DNA of 32,000 bases, taken from sequence record HQ683709.1; one strand, written 5' to 3'. This DNA comes from Planktothrix phage PaV-LD. The position numbers and the translations under genes are program-made. Of the stretch, positions 24,263-32,000 are shown in pieces. Every line of letters starts with the position of its first letter. Within the stretch, counting starts at the first letter, position 1. Under the pieces are notes generated by a model, which worked only from the letters and a program-made list of their open reading frames with translations, did no database searches and was not told the origin of the DNA.

Positions 24263-25288
24263 TTACTCCATGTAAGTAATACAAACTTCAAATTCTTTTG
24301 AAAGAATAGAGGCACTACTGCTTCCACTCAACCTTAAATTGAAGTTCAATAAATAGATTGACCATGTATACAAATAGCCAGCAACCTCGGTAAACCCAGG
24401 AGGAATAAAGTAGCCGGAATCAATCTTCAAAAATACCAAAACCCCTATAATCTTTGAAAGGGTTAAGTTGTGTGCAATATTTGTTACAGAGCCTTGAGAT
24501 GCACCTGTAGTTCCTGAAAATCGAATCAACTTAATAGCGGGATGTCCACCAGCAGTCCCGCCTAAAGATGTGAATCCCCCAACGTACTGGTTTCCCCTAA
24601 CACCAACACCCCCCGAAACCACCACCGCCCCAGTAGTAGTAGAAGTTGAGGATGTGGCGTTGGAAAAAGTTGTTACCCCCGTTACCGTGCCTCCTGACAA
24701 GGGTAAAGCGTCTGTGATTCCGTAACCTGATAACGTTGTGGGCGTTCCGGTGATTGCTGACCAGGGAGGGGTGATATTGACAGGCGTACCCACCCCGGTA
24801 ATTCGACCCTTAGCGTCAACAGTAAATGGTCTGATTTGAGTCGATAAGGCGTTATAGGTTCCGGCAGCAACTCCAGTATTTGCTAAAGTTATCGCGTTTG
24901 AAACATTAGCTGAACCATCAAAACTAACAGAATAAGTTGCGTCTCCAGTAGTTGAAATTGTTCGTGGTGTTGATAATTTTGTGGCTTGGTCAGCATTTGC
25001 AGCCGACGATATTTCAACATAAACCGTCCCTGTCCAACGATAGGTTTTGTTGTTATCTTCGGTGACATAAATTTTGCCAGTCTCACCCACAGCCGGAAAC
25101 CCTGCAAGGGTGGCAAAATTCAAAACATCGTCGACATAAGATGGCAAAACCGATGCTGAGATTGTGCCAGACGCGGCGTTAACAGCCGTCAAGATTGTGT
25201 TATTAGAAGTTAGTGATTTTGTGAAACTTGCCACCGTTGGATCGGTTTCAGCTGTAATCACATTTCTGATTAATTGTCCAACGCCCAT
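24263..25288 (-). CDS. phage tail fibre / receptor-binding protein
   Basis: Repetitive fibre modules (WSAITGTPTTLSGYGITDALPLSGGTVTG, TTGAVVVSGGVGVRGNQYVGG) with a distinct C-terminal domain. Confidence 0.82.
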   Translation of the reverse strand: MGVGQLIRNVITAETDPTVASFTKSLTSNNTILTAVNAASGTISASVLPSYVDDVLNFATLAGFPAVGETGKIYVTEDNNKTYRWTGTVYVEISSAANADQATKLSTPRTISTTGDATYSVSFDGSANVSNAITLANTGVAAGTYNALSTQIRPFTVDAKGRITGVGTPVNITPPWSAITGTPTTLSGYGITDALPLSGGTVTGVTTFSNATSSTSTTTGAVVVSGGVGVRGNQYVGGFTSLGGTAGGHPAIKLIRFSGTTGASQGSVTNIAHNLTLSKIIGVLVFLKIDSGYFIPPGFTEVAGYLYTWSIYLLNFNLRLSGSSSASILSKEFEVCITYME

Positions 25289-25777
25289 CTAAAACCCCCT
25301 TATTAGTTCAACGGATGCCCCTTCTGGAATAATGATTGTGATGGCGGGATGTCGCGCGGGTAAGCATGACTCCAAATTCACAATGTCATTAATGCCATTT
25401 GTTGCTGTTTTTGTCAGCCCATTAATCGTTACAGTTCCGGTTAAAACAGTCAAATACACATAACAACTACCTGCGGGAATAGTTGTTGTCCCTGCTGTTA
25501 AAATCCTCCAATCTGCTGTTAAGTTGCTCGTGGGCAACTCAACCGGAATCCTGTTATTAGAAAGACTGGGAATCTTGGCGTTTACTGCTTCAAGGGTTGT
25601 TTCTTTAGCCAAGCCAGAGACATCTGTAGACCCCCCTCCCCCTCCCCCCGCGCCTTCACTCGATATAGCACGATAAACCTCCCAGTAGGGAAGTGTCTGT
25701 GCAGGGTGCTCCAGGGCTTCTATTTGCTCTCTAATTAAAGCAGCCGCATCCGCTTGTTGTGTACTAATATCAGGCAT
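25289..25777 (-). CDS. putative tail-associated structural protein
   Basis: Located immediately upstream of the fibre gene; GAGGGGGGSTD linker. Confidence 0.55.
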   Translation of the reverse strand: MPDISTQQADAAALIREQIEALEHPAQTLPYWEVYRAISSEGAGGGGGGSTDVSGLAKETTLEAVNAKIPSLSNNRIPVELPTSNLTADWRILTAGTTTIPAGSCYVYLTVLTGTVTINGLTKTATNGINDIVNLESCLPARHPAITIIIPEGASVELIRGF

Positions 25778-25848
25778 TTTTCATAAAAATAAGTATTTAT
25801 AAATAATTTTAACCCCTCTTTTATTGATTGCATTTTCAATTTAAGAAA

Positions 25849-27576
25849 TTATCCAAATACTAAAGCGTATTTTTTAGCTGAGTTTTCAATAAAGCTCAAA
25901 ATGTCAGAATCCATCTCTAAAATCCCTTGGTGAGAGATGGATGTCACAGTGTTTGTATAATAATATGCGACCGTGATCAAATAACTCCCATTCGCAAAAC
26001 CTGAAGTCCCACTGATGGCAGTTACAGAGTCAATTACAGGGCTATACAATCCCAATTCTGAAACAGGAACAGTAGTTGCCACTCCGCCAGATCCAGTTAA
26101 AGTAATAGTTTGAGTCGCTTCGCCTAACTGCACTGGAGTGGTAAACTTATTCTCTCCTATCCAAATCCATATATCTGTAGCATTGAAGTTCCCTTTTGAA
26201 TTTCCTGCTATGACATCAAGATAGTCGGATCTGATATTTGTGGGATGCGTTAATTTAATCTGCAATTGTATTGAAGAGCTTAACGTTACATTCCCTGCCA
26301 CGATTGCTTTTCCACAACCGTTTAATGTCCCGACCTTAGCTCTTAATATTTGACCCGATCCTAACTGCGAAACAACGAAACAAGTCCCATTCCCGTTAAT
26401 AGCAACGATTTGATTAGCAGTGTTGGCAACCAGCCCAAAGACACCACGCTCTCCCACACCAATAAATGATCTGCCATTTACTATTCCCGATCCTGATAAG
26501 GCGATCGCACTTAAACCCGTATCAGGGACAATCCGACGCAGATCCAACCCCGCACTAATCAAATTACCAATGATTGCAGCCACACCCGAATAATAGCCAA
26601 CACGCTCCCCGATTGATAGACTGACTTCTATCTGAGCATTCTCGGCTACCCTCCCCCCTAAACTTGCCACGTCAACCTGAATCTCCACAGCAACTAGATA
26701 GGCATATCCCGATGGCAAATCTTTCTCTAAGATCAATCCTGAATTGTTGTTGGTATAAGTAATTCTTTGATTAATTCCCGTCATCTCCCCACCCCCAGAG
26801 GCGGAGGTATCCAGAGATCCATCGGTCAATTTGACGTATCCTAAAAATGTCAAATTGACCGCACCCGCACCAAAAAACAGATCAGTTAAGTCCGTATCCC
26901 CCCACGATATCCCTACTGATATGGATCTCCCCGCAAAATAGGGAGATGTTGTTTCGTTTCTTAGCCAAAATTTGACGGGCTCGGAATAACTTCTGTCAAC
27001 TGCATAATCGGGACGGATAATAATTTCTTTTTGCTCATCTGTGAACTCAGAAAGCAACCTATCACAGCCGTTTACCGAACGAGTTGATGTAACTAAGGTT
27101 TGGAATTCTTGGGGATAAACCCTCAGCCACTGACTGTCTTGCCATTCTCTAATTTCTCCCCATTCGTCAACGTAAACCCGCATCCCGTCGATTTTATTAA
27201 CAGGGATTTGAGAGGTATTCGCTACGCTTTTTTGAGTAACGAAGTATTCATTTTTGTTAAGTGTTAGCGTCCCGGGTAAAGTATCTGAAGCTGAGTAAGT
27301 GGCTATAACATAAGCAGCTAAATAGGTATTTGTCGGGGAGAATGACAGCACATAGGAGACTGGATCATACCCCTCACAGTTACAGTTAGGCACAATTACA
27401 GTCACACCTTGACCCGTCGTTAAATTGATGGCGGTTGGAGGGGAATACAGGTTAAATCCTTGGCGGTTCCGCATCTGCCAATACAACGAACCCGAAACCG
27501 GAGTTGTCAAACTTCCCGAAATTACTGAGACAACCGGAGCAGGAATTTGAGATGGAATCCCAGCATAAGTCAGCAT
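25849..27576 (-). CDS. putative phage structural (tail/baseplate) protein
   Basis: 575-aa beta-rich ORF in the structural gene block. Confidence 0.6.
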   Translation of the reverse strand: MLTYAGIPSQIPAPVVSVISGSLTTPVSGSLYWQMRNRQGFNLYSPPTAINLTTGQGVTVIVPNCNCEGYDPVSYVLSFSPTNTYLAAYVIATYSASDTLPGTLTLNKNEYFVTQKSVANTSQIPVNKIDGMRVYVDEWGEIREWQDSQWLRVYPQEFQTLVTSTRSVNGCDRLLSEFTDEQKEIIIRPDYAVDRSYSEPVKFWLRNETTSPYFAGRSISVGISWGDTDLTDLFFGAGAVNLTFLGYVKLTDGSLDTSASGGGEMTGINQRITYTNNNSGLILEKDLPSGYAYLVAVEIQVDVASLGGRVAENAQIEVSLSIGERVGYYSGVAAIIGNLISAGLDLRRIVPDTGLSAIALSGSGIVNGRSFIGVGERGVFGLVANTANQIVAINGNGTCFVVSQLGSGQILRAKVGTLNGCGKAIVAGNVTLSSSIQLQIKLTHPTNIRSDYLDVIAGNSKGNFNATDIWIWIGENKFTTPVQLGEATQTITLTGSGGVATTVPVSELGLYSPVIDSVTAISGTSGFANGSYLITVAYYYTNTVTSISHQGILEMDSDILSFIENSAKKYALVFG

Positions 27577-27602
27577 ATTTTATTGTTTACCCTTGTACTC
27601 AT

Positions 27603-27809
27603 TTATCCTTGAATTACTTGCCATTTACCATTGTGTTTAAAGGCGATCGCATTCCCTGTAACCACGCCTTTAGCTACAAAACTTTTACCCATCCCAGAGA
27701 ATACAGATCCACTATTCCCTAGTGGGTAAGCCTTGCCAATTAACACTGATTTGTTAAGAGCGTTTAATCGACTTAAAGTCTGAGATGCGATTTGATTTAC
27801 CGTCGCCAT
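27603..27809 (-). CDS. small protein in structural module
   Basis: 68-aa ORF, ATG. Confidence 0.5.
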   Translation of the reverse strand: MATVNQIASQTLSRLNALNKSVLIGKAYPLGNSGSVFSGMGKSFVAKGVVTGNAIAFKHNGKWQVIQG

Positions 27810-27976
27810 GCTACTGATTCCCTTAACGTTCTGGTTCGGTTTGTTGCTCTTACAGTTTTCCCTCCATATCTGCCCGTGATGGAACTTCCTGAAATATTCC
27901 AGGTTGGCTGTCCACTGCTTAATATTCTTAAAAGTTTGGCTGCTAATTCTCTTTCTTTTGGGGATGACGATGACAT
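27797..27976 (-). CDS. small protein missed by ORF track (59 aa)
   Basis: MSSSSPKERELAAKLLRILSSGQPTWNISGSSITGRYGGKTVRATNRTRTLRESVAWRR*; starts immediately after the stop of 27977..30343 (TAAATG) and overlaps the start of 27603..27809. Confidence 0.55.
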   Translation of the reverse strand: MSSSSPKERELAAKLLRILSSGQPTWNISGSSITGRYGGKTVRATNRTRTLRESVAWRR

Positions 27977-30343
27977 TTAATTCCTCCGACCGGGGACAGT
28001 TGAGGGCAAAACCCCTCCTAAAGTAATTATAGTGGCATTATTGTCTACCTTTGGATCTTCTCCTTGGTTATTGTCTGAACCTTCATTAGATGGAACGATA
28101 TCTTCTGTTGTCTCAACACGAATAGAGCGACTGTCCGACAATCCTAGTGTTAGCTTTGTGCCGTCCGTTTTACAGATTGGATCTAATCCGTAGGCATTCT
28201 GACTTCCATCATATTCAAGGGTATAAGAAGTCGATAAGACTCTAAATCTTCCCTGAAATCTATCCCCACTAAAAGTACAAAAATCTCCCCCTTCAATATT
28301 TGGGAAGTGCCAGCTAACTGTTCGGGTTTCTTGGGTGCTTTGAAGGGTGTTAATTGTAAGTTGAGTTTCGGCTGCTTTTTTTGCTTGCTCAAGGGTAGAA
28401 GCAGCCCCAAAACTTAGACTCTCTCCCCCCTCTGATGCCCATTCAGGGATTGAATCAGAATAGACAAAGTAGCGTTTTCCGACACCTTCTTTTGTCGTTA
28501 CAACACTTTTTGTATAGGTTTTTTTGGGTTGCTGTTGCTCCCATGTTGTTTTCCTGTATTGAGCTTCTGGGGGTCTACCCTGAATCTCCCGATATCGAAC
28601 ATTCTCAACCCCATCAACAAACCCTGCTCCCGATGCGGTTAACTCCACTATTTTCTCGGTTGAATATTCGTCGTTCTTTTTAGTCCAAATTGATTGATAA
28701 TAACTTTCCTCTCCTGTTACCAAAGCAGGGAGGGGATCTTCGCTGGTTGAGTCGGGGTGAGCCATTACTGCAATCGAAGACGCTTGGCGAGATTCCGTCC
28801 AGACCAGCATCGGCTCCACAAAGTCCATGTCAGCAGTGATTAAGCCCACTTTCAACCTTCGATTGGAACCTTCTACTGGGGGTGTGACCTTTGAGAACAA
28901 TTTTCGCTGCATTTGCTCGTCCATTTCATCCCAAAAAACCCACTCAATGCTGTAAGGGACTGTATCCTGTTCATAGTCTGCACGCATTGATTTGATATAA
29001 AAGCTAGTTACATCTTGCCTGTTTATCTTTTTAAAGGTAACCACTGGAGCCCAAGGCCCTATGAGATTCCCGTTGTTATCTACCTCCATCTGACTTGTAT
29101 CGGTATCCCCTCCCTGCTCTTCTTGTTGAAATCGGCTCAACTTCCATCCAGATGTGACAATACTTGTTAGATATTTAGCATTTGAAACCTTAGATTGAAG
29201 TCCCTTCACTGAATCACCACTTCCTAAATATTTTTCATAATCTGGATGCACAGTTAACTGATATTCTATTTCTTTTGTGTTCTGAGGCGTAGTAAGTGTG
29301 TAAGTTGGTGGTTCTACTGCCTGATAATAATAGCGAGTTTCCTGATATTCGATTAATTGCCAGTGTTTCCACGGATCGAGAATCATTAATCCATCGGGCG
29401 TTTCAATAAAATCTTTTAAATAATAAGCAAATCCCCAGGTTTCAATAACCTCTCTGTCTGTTTGCCCGTCAATTGAGTAGGTTGTTCTCCTGACTTTCTT
29501 GGGGCCGGATTGGTCTAAGTTGCTGTCTAAACTCCTTAAAATAGCTGTTCCTTTTGGTGGGTTTGTTACGTCTTGATCATATTCATATTCAGTCTTATAT
29601 TCAGGTTCTTTTTCCTCGAATTCGGGAGGTAAATTTGGGTCAACTTGCTCTTTGTTGCTTTCCCTTGGAGTCCATGTCAACGCGGCTCCATTGTAATAGG
29701 GTGCGACTCCTAACTGGTTAGATCCGTCCGCTATTTGTTCTCCCCAACTAAAACTATAAGAAGAGCCAGAATTGATATTCTTCAATGCAACAAACTGCCC
29801 ATAATGGACGTAACAGCCCTCTACCAAGGCATATTCCTCCAATACATCATCCAGGGAAATCATAGAGTCTTCGCCAACTTCGTCAATGAAGATGTCAAAC
29901 CCACCCGATAGATTGACACCCGCCTTGGATGCCAACCGACTCGCCGATAATGTCCCCGTGGCAATATTAACCAAAGGCTTGATTTTCACCGACCGAGAAC
30001 AGTAAACCTTCCACCATCCTTCTAGGTTGATTGAGACAGTATAAACATTTATTTTTTTGACTCCTTTATATAAATATCCAGTTCTTTCGTAGCTATAACC
30101 GCCATCGGGAGCAACTCTAAATGGAATCCCGTCTATGGTGATTCTTGTATTCCTTGAAGGATTATAAACCTGTTCGTAACTGCTAATATCTTCTTCTGTA
30201 ATCCCTTCATAGGTAATTGAGGCACTGGGATGATCTTGGAAACTTTTTGTAACAGTTAATGATCCCAGTTTTATCGGAATTGGAAGGCTAGGGGGATTTT
30301 TGACAATATTACTTTTAAATAATGGACGGGAAACAATAGGCAT
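27977..30343 (-). CDS. large phage tail-associated protein
   Basis: 788-aa ORF; first in a tandem block of structural ORFs; FSFSWG.., repeated beta-rich segments and a coding block typical of tail/hub proteins. Confidence 0.65.
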   Translation of the reverse strand: MPIVSRPLFKSNIVKNPPSLPIPIKLGSLTVTKSFQDHPSASITYEGITEEDISSYEQVYNPSRNTRITIDGIPFRVAPDGGYSYERTGYLYKGVKKINVYTVSINLEGWWKVYCSRSVKIKPLVNIATGTLSASRLASKAGVNLSGGFDIFIDEVGEDSMISLDDVLEEYALVEGCYVHYGQFVALKNINSGSSYSFSWGEQIADGSNQLGVAPYYNGAALTWTPRESNKEQVDPNLPPEFEEKEPEYKTEYEYDQDVTNPPKGTAILRSLDSNLDQSGPKKVRRTTYSIDGQTDREVIETWGFAYYLKDFIETPDGLMILDPWKHWQLIEYQETRYYYQAVEPPTYTLTTPQNTKEIEYQLTVHPDYEKYLGSGDSVKGLQSKVSNAKYLTSIVTSGWKLSRFQQEEQGGDTDTSQMEVDNNGNLIGPWAPVVTFKKINRQDVTSFYIKSMRADYEQDTVPYSIEWVFWDEMDEQMQRKLFSKVTPPVEGSNRRLKVGLITADMDFVEPMLVWTESRQASSIAVMAHPDSTSEDPLPALVTGEESYYQSIWTKKNDEYSTEKIVELTASGAGFVDGVENVRYREIQGRPPEAQYRKTTWEQQQPKKTYTKSVVTTKEGVGKRYFVYSDSIPEWASEGGESLSFGAASTLEQAKKAAETQLTINTLQSTQETRTVSWHFPNIEGGDFCTFSGDRFQGRFRVLSTSYTLEYDGSQNAYGLDPICKTDGTKLTLGLSDSRSIRVETTEDIVPSNEGSDNNQGEDPKVDNNATIITLGGVLPSTVPGRRN

Positions 30344-30347
30344 AATA

Positions 30348-30689
30348 TCAAGTGATTAATTTTAAAGATTGAATGGCATCATCCCAGAAAAACTGACCAG
30401 GTGTAAATTCTCCCTGTTGCTCAACAAACCGTCTACCTCTCCATTCTACATAATCAATAAACCCTAAGTCCTCCCCAATATTAAAGACATTGAGTTGACC
30501 AATTAGCTCCTGATGTGCGGTATATTGCCCTGTCATCTCCAAGGTTTCCCCTCCTCTAATCCGACAGCAGGAATTAGAGCAATCAATCACAACTCGCTCC
30601 CCTACTTGCCCAAAATTAAGAGGGACACCTCTATTTAAAACTTGAGACACAATCATTCCCAATGGAACAGATACTATCAACTCACACAT
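30348..30689 (-). CDS. hypothetical structural-module protein
   Basis: 113-aa ORF directly upstream of 27977..30343. Confidence 0.6.
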   Translation of the reverse strand: MCELIVSVPLGMIVSQVLNRGVPLNFGQVGERVVIDCSNSCCRIRGGETLEMTGQYTAHQELIGQLNVFNIGEDLGFIDYVEWRGRRFVEQQGEFTPGQFFWDDAIQSLKLIT

Positions 30690-30721
30690 TACCCTGGGGA
30701 TAGGGGCGTTAAATTCTATGG

Positions 30722-31066
30722 TTAAATTAATACTATCAGGAACGGTATTAGTCGCAAAATAGACAGTAGTATTTTGTAAATAGAATCTTTGCCAGTCAAT
30801 CTATCTGGGTTTGTGGCTTGAATAAAATTGTTTATCCCGACCCGTAGAACAGCTAAAAAAGGCAGATTTATCTTATAAAGGGTAAAGACGGCGTCAGGGG
30901 TTGTTAGCTCTGTTGGGGAAGGGTTAACGCCAGGGTATTTGTGAAATGTTTTAGTTTGAAATAAAGGAGCTAATGTCTGATTTCCTTGTGCAGACAAAAT
31001 AGGAGCCGATAAATTAAATGGACTCAGGATTGTTGCGGGTAAGTTAGAATTAGAGAGCGTGAACAT
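30722..31066 (-). CDS. hypothetical structural-module protein
   Basis: 114-aa ORF. Confidence 0.5.
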   Translation of the reverse strand: MFTLSNSNLPATILSPFNLSAPILSAQGNQTLAPLFQTKTFHKYPGVNPSPTELTTPDAVFTLYKINLPFLAVLRVGINNFIQATNPDRLTGKDSIYKILLSILRLIPFLIVLI

Positions 31067-31097
31067 AAAAAATTAATTTAACTACTAATATTATCCC

Positions 31098-31514
31098 GTG
31101 AATTATCGCCAAGAATTAAAACAGACCATAGAATTGTTTGTCCCTCAAGTTGAACAAGCATTTCTCAAAGCATTCTTTCTAAAAGACCTCGATTTTGGGC
31201 GGGATTTAATGGTGGGGGAGCGGACGGGTGCGATAGATTGGTATACCTCTGACCTGGGATCTATTGTAGGAAACGTGATGATTTCGATGGGTTGTAGCTC
31301 CCGATTAAATGCCGAGATAGAAAAAGCAACCGAGGCGATTTATGCCAGACACGGGATATTTTCCATTAACGAGGAGGTTGTTAGAACTCTGGAGCTTTCA
31401 ACCGCCAAGGTACAGCTAAAAGGGGAAGTTAACGCTACAACAGTGCAACAAACTTCTTCTCGGCTCTGGGTAGCAATTTCCACGTTTCAAATTGACTGTT
31501 TTATTGGGTTATGA
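31098..31514 (+). CDS. hypothetical protein, opposite strand to the structural block
   Basis: 138-aa ORF with ATG filling the gap between two minus-strand genes. Confidence 0.6.
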   Translation: MNYRQELKQTIELFVPQVEQAFLKAFFLKDLDFGRDLMVGERTGAIDWYTSDLGSIVGNVMISMGCSSRLNAEIEKATEAIYARHGIFSINEEVVRTLELSTAKVQLKGEVNATTVQQTSSRLWVAISTFQIDCFIGL

Positions 31515-31516
31515 AT

Positions 31517-32000
31517 TTATTTTTTCATCCAATCAGCCAGTCCTTCTCGGTAAGTTTTAGCAAACGCATAGCATACCGCATCGGCTAAGTTAGGCGATCG
31601 CCCGATAATACTCTTAATATCATCTTTTTTGGTAATCATTATTGTTTTTCCAGACTCCCACCACCGGAAGGCACAGAGTTCTTCTTTTAATTGATCGTCA
31701 GGAGGTAAACAGATCGGGATTTGATTCTTGGGGTCTAATAAGTCTCGCAGATTCCAGTACCAATAAGTCCGCATATTAGCAAAAGTCAAGAGTCCGCTTT
31801 TGTCTTTCAAATACTCGCCGTTTCCATCCTTCGCGGCTTCACTTCCTTTCAAGGGAATAACGTGCATTTTCATCCCTCGACAGGTATCGTGAACCGCAGC
31901 ACCCACCCCAATTACGTCAATTTGTACCTTTACCCCAGTGTTCGCCATACAGGAGGCAATCTGCTGCGCGACAATATTGCTGTCTGGGGTCTGGTTTCCA
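31517..32000 (-). CDS. terL: terminase large subunit, C-terminal nuclease domain (partial, 5' end beyond window)
   Basis: The frame stays open past the ORF-track start: GNQTPDSNIVAQQIASCMANTGVKVQIDVIGVGAAVHD..ICLPPDDQLKEELCAFRWWESGKTIMITKKDDIKSIIGRSPNLADAVCYAFAK. Confidence 0.87.
   Translation of the reverse strand, partial: GNQTPDSNIVAQQIASCMANTGVKVQIDVIGVGAAVHDTCRGMKMHVIPLKGSEAAKDGNGEYLKDKSGLLTFANMRTYWYWNLRDLLDPKNQIPICLPPDDQLKEELCAFRWWESGKTIMITKKDDIKSIIGRSPNLADAVCYAFAKTYREGLADWMKK

Noticed and set aside
24682-25116. Plus/minus ORFs within the tail fibre gene
   Set aside because: Out-of-frame readings of the repetitive fibre sequence.
28183-28683. Plus-strand ORFs within 27977..30343
   Set aside because: Shadow ORFs opposite a long structural gene.
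1-32000. Insertion sequence or transposase
   Set aside because: No transposase motifs or terminal inverted repeats with a target duplication were recognised on either strand.

Overview
AT-rich cyanobacterial DNA with GCGATCGC (HIP1) sites. The gene content is that of a temperate or plasmid-like cyanophage, most like filamentous-cyanobacterium (Planktothrix-type) phages; that taxonomic call is inference. Plus-strand replication module (about 1.6-10.2 kb): HTH and replication proteins, a replicative helicase DnaB carrying a 141-aa mini-intein, a C5 cytosine methyltransferase and small ORFs. Next come a candidate attP core (3' 46 nt of a tRNA-Pro(GGG)), 10-bp direct repeats and a tyrosine integrase (10.2-11.5 kb). 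These are followed by a PAPS-reductase-like PP-loop protein, thymidylate kinase, and a short NblA (phycobilisome degradation) ORF absent from the supplied ORF track and translationally coupled to the kinase. An accessory region (13.7-22 kb) holds an RHH regulator, small ORFs separated by structured repeats, HicAB, GNAT, a DevA-like ABC ATPase, a DUF433/DUF5615 pair, and a PP2C phosphatase / Ser-Thr kinase pair. A minus-strand structural module (22-32 kb) holds membrane proteins, tail fibre and tail proteins, and the C-terminal part of the terminase large subunit running off the window. The strongest 'second look' items are: (i) a repeated, covarying three-way-junction, tRNA-like RNA element at 14.80 and 15.10 kb; (ii) the missed nblA ORF with an inverted repeat upstream; (iii) the naturally compact DnaB mini-intein; (iv) the tRNA-Pro attP architecture; (v) the PP2C/kinase dyad; (vi) paired operators around a small repressor.
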